NCBI GenBank assembly: GCA_018819405.1
Contig: JAHJQF010000001.1
Span: forward strand, 907,377-971,376
From: Patescibacteria group bacterium
Lineage (GTDB): Bacteria > Patescibacteriota > Patescibacteriia > UBA1558 > GWA2-36-10
Direction of reading: 5' to 3'
Length of the DNA: 64,000 nucleotides
Below are positions 50,468 through 58,431 of the stretch, piece after piece. Positions within the stretch are counted from its first letter, which is position 1. Every line of letters begins with the position of its first letter. The position numbers were made by a program, and so were the translations under genes. Under the pieces are notes generated by a model. The model saw only the letters and a list, made by a program, of their open reading frames with translations, made no database searches and was not told the DNA's origin.

Positions 50468-50659
50468 ATGGCCAAAGTATGTGAAATTTGTAATAGAGGT
50501 AAACTAAGTGCTAATACCCGCAGTCATTCCAATATTGCTAGCAAGAGAACCATGAAGCTGAATTTGCAATCCAAAAAAATTGGCAACAGCAAAATGACTG
50601 TTTGCACTTCTTGTTTGAAAACTCTAAACAAACTTAGAAAAAATCAAACTATAAAATAA
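50468..50659 (+). CDS. rpmB: 50S ribosomal protein L28
   Basis: MAKVCEIC...SHSNIASKR...NLQ...VCTSCLK. Confidence 0.95.
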   Translation: MAKVCEICNRGKLSANTRSHSNIASKRTMKLNLQSKKIGNSKMTVCTSCLKTLNKLRKNQTIK

Positions 50660-50785
50660 ATTATTTTTTTCAACCGTCCCCTCATAGCAGGGGGCGGTTT
50701 TTTAATTTTTTGAATAAAAATAAAGCGGGCGCCTGATGACATACATGATGCAAAAGTGGCGCCCGGAAAAGGGTCTTGGGCCAAA

Positions 50786-51136
50786 CTACCTGCTACTAGC
50801 GCAGGCCATGACGATCTTCTTGATCAGTCTCCTGACAGGGTGAGCCCTGATCAGCTCATCGCCGATGATCTGGTAGTGTCTTCCCTCACCATGAGGATCG
50901 AGATAGACCAGACGGGTCCGCGTATCCCAGATGGGCCAAGGTTGGCCTGCTCTGCGCAGACGACCGGTCGAGACATAGTCTCTTCCATCATAGCTCTGCT
51001 CTTCCACCAGTTCAACCGATGAAAAATTGTTGGGAAAAGGCACCCAACGGCGTCCGTCAATCGTCGCCCCAGCTTGTTTCGACACAAGTAACCTCCAGTG
51101 TTTGTTTGGGCCAATATATGTGGCTGATAAAGCCAC
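50786..51136 (-). CDS. Hypothetical protein (GC-rich cassette)
   Basis: 116-aa ORF between promoter TTGACC(51186)-17-TATTGT and GC hairpin/U tract about 50718-50765; start uncertain. Confidence 0.55.
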   Translation of the reverse strand: MALSATYIGPNKHWRLLVSKQAGATIDGRRWVPFPNNFSSVELVEEQSYDGRDYVSTGRLRRAGQPWPIWDTRTRLVYLDPHGEGRHYQIIGDELIRAHPVRRLIKKIVMACASSR

Positions 51137-51315
51137 GGGATGAACAAAATATATTTTACAATACCACTCTTTGCAATTTTGGTCAATTATAAAAACCCCT
51201 GGCCTAAACTCGGGGTAAAAACAAAAAGGCGTTGTTATAGTTTGAAAAACTAATAAAACACCTTTTTGCTAGCCATTTTGTTGCATGAATTTGTGCCTTA
51301 GTAATTAATGACTAT

Positions 51316-51450
51316 TGTAGCTTTGCTTTTTTATATGTATAACCCCTTTGTAAAAGGGTGGTGCTCGCAGACTAAAGGCCCCAGCCCAAGACAATATAAA
51401 GCACCAAGGCAATAATGTTGTAGAGTTACATATGTTAAAAAGAAGCTACA
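51316..51450 (-). ncRNA. Candidate 6S-like structured RNA
   Basis: Own promoter TTGCAA-17-TATATT; long closing stem, central bubble with small hairpin, terminal stem; no ORF; terminator about 51220-51268. Confidence 0.45.
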
Positions 51451-51485
51451 TTTATAATATAACATCTTTTAAAAATCATTGCAAA

Positions 51486-51514
51486 ACCCGTTAGAAATAT
51501 TATTTCTAACGGGT
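51486..51514. repeat. Minimal CCCGTTAGAAAT hairpin
   Basis: ACCCGTTAGAAATATTATTTCTAACGGGT. Confidence 0.8.
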
Positions 51515-51584
51515 CAAAAACAAACCAAAAAAAGAGCTAGACTTAGCTCTTTTTAAATTGATTATTTTAAAACTCGTCGAGAGA

Positions 51585-52094
51585 TTATTTTTCCAACAGT
51601 GTATGCCTAGTATAATCAGGCTGATGATCACATAATTCAAAATCCTGAAACCAATAACTTATCTCCATCTTAGCTTCTTCTACGCTTGAAGAGGCGTGAA
51701 TGAGATTAAAAACTGCTTTGTTGCTTTTGTCAGCATGAGAAAAAGACAAGTGAGCATAATCACCTCTGATAGTACCTGGAGCCGCACTTTTTGGCTCAGT
51801 CTCTCCGACCATCTTGCGTACAATGGTCACTGCCTCCACGCCTTCGATAGCAATGGCTACTACTGGTCCGGAAGTAATCATCTCCACCATCATATCTCTT
51901 ACTTTTTGTCCGCGTCTCTTTGCCAAATCTTCACTATAATGTTTGAGGGCAGTATCTTGATCAGACAGGACAAGTTTTAGTCCGGCAATTTTGAGTCCAG
52001 TTCTTTCAAAACGATGTAGTATTTCCCCTATCAAGCCTCTGTTGATAGCATCGGGTTTGAGTAATATTAAACTTCTTTCTAATTTATCATTCAT
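51585..52094 (-). CDS. ndk: Nucleoside diphosphate kinase
   Basis: LKPDA, GTIRGDY, NLIHAS. Confidence 0.95.
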   Translation of the reverse strand: MNDKLERSLILLKPDAINRGLIGEILHRFERTGLKIAGLKLVLSDQDTALKHYSEDLAKRRGQKVRDMMVEMITSGPVVAIAIEGVEAVTIVRKMVGETEPKSAAPGTIRGDYAHLSFSHADKSNKAVFNLIHASSSVEEAKMEISYWFQDFELCDHQPDYTRHTLLEK

Positions 52095-52115
52095 ATTTAC
52101 AAATTTATAAAATAA

Positions 52116-52496
52116 TTATTTAGCCATTTTCTTTTTAACTTCTGCCACTACTTCCGATGGGGTAATATTTGCCTTGACTAAATAGCCAACTGACCCCAAC
52201 TCTTTACCACGCTCAATATCCTCATCCTGCCCTAGGTTGGTCAACAACATTACAGGAATATCTTTGGTAGCGGCATCCTCCTTGAGAGATTTCAAAACTG
52301 AAAAACCATCCATCTTTGGCATAATAATATCAAGTAAAATAAAATCCGGATGAATAGTTTTGGCTTTTTCCAAACCGTCTGCTCCATCAAGAGCCTTGGT
52401 CAAATCAAAGCCTTCGTTGTTAAACTTTACTTCATACATATTGGCGAGCATTTCCTCGTCCTCAATAAGCAAAATTTTTGTTTTATTATCTGCCAT
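52116..52496 (-). CDS. Single-domain response regulator (CheY-like)
   Basis: ILLIEDE, LLDIIMPKMDG, LTN, YLVK; start at MADNK. Confidence 0.92.
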   Translation of the reverse strand: MADNKTKILLIEDEEMLANMYEVKFNNEGFDLTKALDGADGLEKAKTIHPDFILLDIIMPKMDGFSVLKSLKEDAATKDIPVMLLTNLGQDEDIERGKELGSVGYLVKANITPSEVVAEVKKKMAK

Positions 52497-52672
52497 AACG
52501 CTTAAAAATTTAATGTTTATGCCTATATTATATGCTAAGTGAATATAAAAATCAAGGTAATAAAAAGAGGGGGCAACGCACGCGCTGCCCCCTGGCGAGC
52601 GTCCCATCTTTGGGTTCAATTGGGGCAGTGTCTGCCCCTTTTATAGCTCGCTGAGACCCGCCGGTTTTGGTG

Positions 52673-53167
52673 TTAGGCCGCCATCAGGCGGCCAGGCCTA
52701 TTGCCGGGCGGGACGTCTTCCCTGCCGCCGTAATGGCCGAGGATGGAGCTCTTGTTCATCGTCACCTGGTAGTAGTCCCAGATGGCATCACCGGCCGAAG
52801 CCGACACACACAGTGCGCTCAGTGAGCTGGGAATCTTGATATATACCGGATCCAGATTGCTGACGACGCTGGAGCTCTTGTAGTAGAGCCCAACGGCATC
52901 ACCGGCCGAAGCCGCCACACACAGTGCGCTCATGTTACAGGACTCGTTGATCTTCTTCAGGACGACGGTCGTAGTGTTCGCCGTCGTGTCCATGTGATTG
53001 GCGATCGCCACGGCGATGTCCGTGCCGTCGGTGACCGCATACCACAGGTCGTTCTTCGCGTAACTGACCTGGCTGGCCATCGCGCCGCAAGCAAGCAGCA
53101 TGATGACGGCCACCAGAGCCAGAGCGGCGCCCATCATCAGACGCGAGGGTCCACGAATGTGATGCAT
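52673..53167 (-). CDS. Secreted hypothetical protein with internal repeat (GC-rich cassette)
   Basis: SD GGGAGG; hydrophobic signal; SALCVxASAGDA twice; promoter TTGACA(53344)-17-TATGTT; terminator about 52562-52595. Confidence 0.7.
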   Translation of the reverse strand: MHHIRGPSRLMMGAALALVAVIMLLACGAMASQVSYAKNDLWYAVTDGTDIAVAIANHMDTTANTTTVVLKKINESCNMSALCVAASAGDAVGLYYKSSSVVSNLDPVYIKIPSSLSALCVSASAGDAIWDYYQVTMNKSSILGHYGGREDVPPGNRPGRLMAA

Positions 53168-53599
53168 GTCTTCCTCCCTGAATGGGGACTAAAATGACTA
53201 CCTAAGGTAGCCGGCGAATGATACTCGGTTAAAAAACCTCCTTGGCTTTTGGTCTCACTATAATGAGTATACTTCCATAGGAAATATACTCGTGAAATTG
53301 TACAATACATATTTGAACATACAATATTTTGTAAATTCTGTCAATAACTATAAAAAATTCTACCCTGACCCAAGCTACTAAGTTTTATAGCTAATCTTCA
53401 TCACTTTTGGATAAAATCTATAAAAGAAAACCGGGCGAAACTCACTATGTGAAGCTTGTCTCGCCCGGTCAGGTGGTTGGCCCGAAGGCCACCGGATCGC
53501 TGTGCGATCATTTTTTGAGCCATTGGGCTCGAAGAAAAGAATATTGGGATTTTTGGAGATGGGCCTTGAGTCGCTTAAGTGCCCGGTCAGTTGGCCCGA

Positions 53600-53665
53600 T
53601 TACTCTGGCCGAGCTAAAGGTGGAATCGAAGCTTCATCGGCGACCTCGCTGGTCAGGCGGTTCAT
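53600..53665 (-). CDS. 21-aa peptide MNRLTSEVADEASIPPLARPE
   Basis: ATGA overlap with upstream peptide stop. Confidence 0.35.
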   Translation of the reverse strand: MNRLTSEVADEASIPPLARPE

Positions 53666-53739
53666 GCGGCCTTCGTGGCTGTACGGCGACGCAGCTCGGC
53701 GACGGTCTCCCTCGGGGGTCCAGTGTTTCGAATCTTCAT
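53662..53739 (-). CDS. 25-aa peptide MKIRNTGPPRETVAELRRRTATKAA
   Basis: SD GGAAGGAG; inside a promoter-terminator unit. Confidence 0.5.
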   Translation of the reverse strand: MKIRNTGPPRETVAELRRRTATKAA

Positions 53740-54091
53740 GATCAGACTCCTTCCTCGAGTCGCTTCAGAAAATTCCCGCCAAAATTAGCGGCATAGGAGA
53801 TGTGGCTCCTTCCAATATCGGCTGGGCTCCTGCCCTCCCCTATAGACCAACAGATCTAGCGAGAACGGCTGTTTTTATGATACCAAGTGCCCTAAAATTA
53901 GTCAATATAATAATCTAAACAAAAAAATACCGGACAAAACTCGCTCTTGGAGCTAAGTCTTGCCCGGCTTGCATCGCTGTAGATAGTCTCACCTGACCCC
54001 AGGTAATATTCCCCTACGAGGGGATCGTGAGAGTTGACTGGTTCGTAAGCGAAGGTCATCCTCTCCAACTAACGCTGGGAACTTTAGGAAG

Positions 54092-54136
54092 TCAGGCGTT
54101 GTCCCCGATGGGACGTCCACGGATGCGGATAGCCAC
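54092..54136 (-). CDS. 14-aa peptide MAIRIRGRPIGDNA
   Basis: SD AAAGGAG; GTG start; synonymous divergence from 49416-49523. Confidence 0.55.
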   Translation of the reverse strand: MAIRIRGRPIGDNA

Positions 54137-54239
54137 GATATGGCTCCTTTCGTCGAGTCACTTCATACGTCGTTCCCACCATTACTGGCAGGAGTGGCTC
54201 TCTTAAGATATCAATCGCTATTAAATTAGTCAATAAATT

Positions 54240-55037
54240 TTAAAAACTAAAACTAATAGTACCTAAGTCCTGAGTATTTTCTATTTCACACCCTACTTTT
54301 TTCAATCTTTCTATTGCTTCCTGATGCGGGTGGCCAAATTTATTGTCCAAGCCAGATTGAATAATACAAAATTCGGGCTGTACAGCCTGCAAAAACTCTA
54401 GTGATGAAGAATATTTACTACCATGATGGCCGACTTTTAGATACTGGGAATTTAAATCAAAACCACCGGACAATAACTTTTGTTCCCCTTCTATTGGCAA
54501 ATCTCCCATCAATAAAACATTTTTATCTTTATAGCTTAGTTTTATAACTACTGAGTTTTCATTGAAATCTTCATGCCAGTAGTCAGCTAAAAGAACCCTA
54601 AAATATAAATCATCGGAAAACATAAAACTCTCGCCTGCTTGTACAATTTGTGGTTGGATATTATTTTCTTGTAATTTTTGGGTAAAGATATTATACAAAA
54701 AATGATCGGGCTGGTGATTACTCACCAAAACATGTTTTACTTCGTACTTTTCTAAAAGCTCTACAAAACCCATCATATGATCATCATGCCAATGAGTAAT
54801 AATCAAATAATCAATCGTGTCCTCCCACCAAGGAAGTTTGTCGGCCATTTGGGACAAGAGCAGATTGTCCGGCCCGCCGTCTATCAAAATATTTTGACCA
54901 TCAGGAGTACGAATTAAAATTGCATCACCTTGCCCAACATCCAAAAAATTAATCGCTAGTTTATTTTCTATTCTATAAAAAGAAAAAAATAAAGCTGACA
55001 AAATTATTAGGGTTATAAAAAATATTGTTTTATTCAT
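54240..55037 (-). CDS. ComEC-type metallo-beta-lactamase domain protein
   Basis: FLDVGQGDA, LIDGG, THWHDDH, KVGHHGS, FGHPH. Confidence 0.92.
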   Translation of the reverse strand: MNKTIFFITLIILSALFFSFYRIENKLAINFLDVGQGDAILIRTPDGQNILIDGGPDNLLLSQMADKLPWWEDTIDYLIITHWHDDHMMGFVELLEKYEVKHVLVSNHQPDHFLYNIFTQKLQENNIQPQIVQAGESFMFSDDLYFRVLLADYWHEDFNENSVVIKLSYKDKNVLLMGDLPIEGEQKLLSGGFDLNSQYLKVGHHGSKYSSSLEFLQAVQPEFCIIQSGLDNKFGHPHQEAIERLKKVGCEIENTQDLGTISFSF

Positions 55038-55076
55038 ATGTTTATATAAATTAACCCACTATACCAAATTTATATT

Positions 55077-55175
55077 TGTCATCCTGAACTTGTTTCAGGA
55101 TCTCCGATTGGAGATGCCGAAATACCCGCCTGCCATGACTACTGTCAGGCATGTCGGGCAGGAATTCGGCATAAC
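55077..55175. repeat. TGTCAT-type REP-like palindrome downstream of GIY-YIG gene
   Basis: TGTCATCCTGAACTTGTTTCAGGATCT...AGATGCCGAA..TTCGGCATAACA. Confidence 0.75.
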
Positions 55176-55182
55176 AAAAATA

Positions 55183-55473
55183 TCACAAAAAATCATCGCT
55201 AATATCCTCCCATTTTTTATTAACCGATTCCACTAAATTGTTCTTCCAATCTCTATGCCAATTTTTTAATTGTTTTTCTCTACAAATAGCATCATGCATA
55301 TGCTGATATACCTCATAATAAACCAGCTTTATAACATTATATGGCTTAGTAAAACCAATAATATCTTTATTTTTGTGTTGTTTTATCCTATTTATTAAAT
55401 CGCCAGTGACACCAATATACATAACATTATTATTTTGATTAGTTAAAATATAAACATAATATTCTTTATTCAT
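55183..55473 (-). CDS. Small stand-alone GIY-YIG nuclease
   Basis: YYVYILTN..MYIGVTGDL..RIKQHK...LVYYE...AICREKQLKNWHRDWK. Confidence 0.92.
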   Translation of the reverse strand: MNKEYYVYILTNQNNNVMYIGVTGDLINRIKQHKNKDIIGFTKPYNVIKLVYYEVYQHMHDAICREKQLKNWHRDWKNNLVESVNKKWEDISDDFL

Positions 55474-56782
55474 AATTTTGAGGCTTAATTATAAAAGTCA
55501 AAATAAACATAAAACAAAGAAAAAAAATCATATAAAAACTACTGAAATCTTGTACTTCAATATAAGCCCTGGGTAATTGGGAAAGATAAAAAGATAAGAC
55601 AACAATTATCTTTAAAATAATAAAAAGCGGCCAAGCTAATAATTTTGCCAAAAATGGCCAAAAACCAAACCCCGCTAAAAACAGACTAAATACCAAAACC
55701 AATGGCAAAAAGGGCAAAATCAAAAAATTAGCCAAGGGCGCTACAATTGACACAATACCAAAATAATAAACAATCAAAGGCCAGGTAAATATTTGAGCGG
55801 CTAGGGTCACAGACATTACTTCTCTCAACTTAAATTTTTGGGGTACAAAAAACAAAACTTTCTGGAAAAATTTTACATAATAAAGCAAACCCAAGACTGC
55901 CAAAAATGACAATTGAAAACCTATATCATATAAAAGTAAATATGGATTGAGTAAGACAAATATATCAGCAGCCAAAACAAGGCTATATATAGATTCTGTA
56001 TCCCTGCCCAAAAAAGGCCCTAACATTAATATAGATAGCATCAAACTGGCTCGAACTGCCGAAGCTGGAAATCCTATCAAATATAAATATAAAAATAATA
56101 TTAAAATTAAAAACCAAAAGGCTTTTTTTCTAGACAAACCAATAGCAAACAAAAAACTCCTGACTAGCCAAACTATAATAGCCATATGCAGTCCGGAAAT
56201 AGCTACCACATGACTCAGGCCCACTTGAGCAAAAATATTTCTGGTATCACCAGGTATTTCCCGACGACTGGCCAGAAGCATAGCCTTGGCTAGTGATGAA
56301 GCCGGCTCACGAAGATAAATGTCAAGATTTTTCCAAAAATAATTTTTGGCTTGAAAAATATAAAAAGAAATACCTTTATCTTGAGAAATATATTTTACCT
56401 TTGGACGAAAACAAGTAGCATATATATTGTCCTTGGCTAAATATTTATCATAAAAAAATGTTTTGCCTTCATCATCCTCTATTGGCTCTGGTTTGTAAAC
56501 TTTGCCTGATAGTTCTAAAACATCACCATAATAATACTCTGGATACAAAGGAATATAGACTAAAATATTTCCGGAAAAATTATCTAAATCCAAAGGCTCT
56601 ACTAATATATTCCAACCATCTATCTTTTTGTCGGTATTTATTACTTTAGCTTTAAAACTATAAAAATTATCAAAAATAAAACCGGGATTATTTTCCCGAT
56701 TGTCAAAATATAGCAACCAAACAAAATTGAGTGCCAAAAAAATAAAACTAACCCCTAAAAAGCCTTGGCTTTTGCTCATCAA
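55466..56782 (-). CDS. comEC: ComEC/Rec2 competence membrane domain protein
   Basis: GLSHVVAISGLH, SAVRA, DIGFQLSFLA. Confidence 0.93.
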   Translation of the reverse strand: MMSKSQGFLGVSFIFLALNFVWLLYFDNRENNPGFIFDNFYSFKAKVINTDKKIDGWNILVEPLDLDNFSGNILVYIPLYPEYYYGDVLELSGKVYKPEPIEDDEGKTFFYDKYLAKDNIYATCFRPKVKYISQDKGISFYIFQAKNYFWKNLDIYLREPASSLAKAMLLASRREIPGDTRNIFAQVGLSHVVAISGLHMAIIVWLVRSFLFAIGLSRKKAFWFLILILFLYLYLIGFPASAVRASLMLSILMLGPFLGRDTESIYSLVLAADIFVLLNPYLLLYDIGFQLSFLAVLGLLYYVKFFQKVLFFVPQKFKLREVMSVTLAAQIFTWPLIVYYFGIVSIVAPLANFLILPFLPLVLVFSLFLAGFGFWPFLAKLLAWPLFIILKIIVVLSFYLSQLPRAYIEVQDFSSFYMIFFLCFMFILTFIIKPQNYE

Positions 56783-56903
56783 AATCGCTTAATTCTTCTG
56801 AACTATATTTAAACCTATTTTAAAAAATTTGTCAAAAATTAACCTGTGCCGGCCTCTTGACCCTAAGCTCGAGACCGAAGGGACATAGACCGAGAAATCA
56901 AAA

Positions 56904-58394
56904 TCAATAAGACAAAATACTCGGCTCTAAAGGCAAATATGGAAGCATATAAGAATTGAAAAATATATCACCTGATGACCATATAATATTACCATTTCTA
57001 TCTTCAGAAATTGGCTGATCGTCAGTCAATAATCTAGCACTCAACTTGGCTGAACTATCTAGATTATCTACTTTGACAAGCAATGAAATTTCATTTCCTT
57101 TGTCTGATATTTTTATTGGGTTTTGTATGTCTGACTTTATTATTATTTTGTTATTTTCTATTACTATATCAGCTATATATGGTTCATCATCAATTAAAAC
57201 ATCTACCCGACTAATATCCAAACCATATTTATCTACAGCAAAAGTTAATTTATTTAACTCCAAACTATCAACACCTCTAGCTGTTAATTTCATTCTATAA
57301 AGCTCGTTCCAACCTTGGGAAAGTCTTTTATTTTGATCTGGTGAATTGATTTGTAAAAAGTAGTCCCGACTATCAACTGTGCTTAAATACAAATCTTTAT
57401 GGAGACTCAAATCCTGACCAGAGACTGAGCCAGTAGCGCTGACATTTTTTAGATAAAATTTGTATTGACCAGTCGGTAGAGCCAAAGTGTGCAAATCAAA
57501 ATACTCCAAACCATTGTTTTGTATAAAAATCGGTTTGTTTAAATAAAAGATTATATCTGATGATTGATCATCGAGACTAGCTTGGGATAGAAGCTGACCA
57601 TCTTTTAGTAAAACAAAGTCAGCTTTATCTATAGTCCGAGTATCTCCAAGGGCTTCATAAGCTACTATTACTTTATAAACATCAAAAGTTTCACTATCAG
57701 TAGTCAATGAAAATCTAGATAACTGCTGGGGTATATTAGTATTTATCAAAAAATTGTTGTCAATATATTGATTACTAGCCAGTATCTGGCCTTTTTCTAC
57801 AAAAGATATCAAACCACTCTGAACAGGGAATTGTCCGTCAGGAGTAAATAAATGCTCCTGATAACTCAAGAAAACATCCCAATCATTTTCAATACTTAAT
57901 TGCAAAACATCGCCAGTATTTACTACATTATTATTTGGTAATAAAAATCTAAACAAATTTTGACCTTTTTTAAGAGGATAATCTTCAAGGTCAAAATATA
58001 TATGTCCACTCTGATCAATTTCCTTTACTTCACCCAATTGCATACCATCATGGAAAATTTTAAGATCGTCTATAAGGCTAAGGTCATACAAACCATCAAC
58101 TCTTACTTCTAATTTTTGCAAAGAAATATTATCTTTTTCTGTTTCAATAATAAAATCAAAAACCGAAAAATTGTTGGCCTGATAAACTATTTTTTTGTCT
58201 GCTGTGTTAGCTAAAACTTTGGCTGAGAGTCTAGCCGAGTCTACACCATAAGCACCGGAGACCGGACCTTCTTTGAGGCTGAGGGAAAAAACAAAAACAA
58301 AAATAGCCATCAATAATAAAGATAAATACACTTTAAAATTTGTGACTTTTTTTTGTCTGTATGTTTCTGGTGTGGGTCCTAGATGCTCAAACAT
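56904..58394 (-). CDS. Exported hypothetical protein (beta-rich)
   Basis: N-terminal TM; long ORF. Confidence 0.7.
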   Translation of the reverse strand: MFEHLGPTPETYRQKKVTNFKVYLSLLLMAIFVFVFSLSLKEGPVSGAYGVDSARLSAKVLANTADKKIVYQANNFSVFDFIIETEKDNISLQKLEVRVDGLYDLSLIDDLKIFHDGMQLGEVKEIDQSGHIYFDLEDYPLKKGQNLFRFLLPNNNVVNTGDVLQLSIENDWDVFLSYQEHLFTPDGQFPVQSGLISFVEKGQILASNQYIDNNFLINTNIPQQLSRFSLTTDSETFDVYKVIVAYEALGDTRTIDKADFVLLKDGQLLSQASLDDQSSDIIFYLNKPIFIQNNGLEYFDLHTLALPTGQYKFYLKNVSATGSVSGQDLSLHKDLYLSTVDSRDYFLQINSPDQNKRLSQGWNELYRMKLTARGVDSLELNKLTFAVDKYGLDISRVDVLIDDEPYIADIVIENNKIIIKSDIQNPIKISDKGNEISLLVKVDNLDSSAKLSARLLTDDQPISEDRNGNIIWSSGDIFFNSYMLPYLPLEPSILSY

Positions 58395-58431
58395 ATATCA
58401 TATTATAGCACAAAATATACACAAAAACTAC

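Noticed and set aside
53300-53333. NrdR-box-like TACAATATTTTGTA in a cassette promoter
   Set aside because: AT-rich imperfect palindrome expected by chance; target is not a nucleotide gene
53407-53796. Plus-strand 129-aa and 79-aa ORFs
   Set aside because: Promoter, SD and terminator all point to minus-strand transcription; GC-rich shadow ORFs
42070-54233. Integron cassette array or prophage as explanation of the GC-rich units
   Set aside because: No integrase, no recognisable attC sites or phage genes; units carry their own promoters and are separated by core genes
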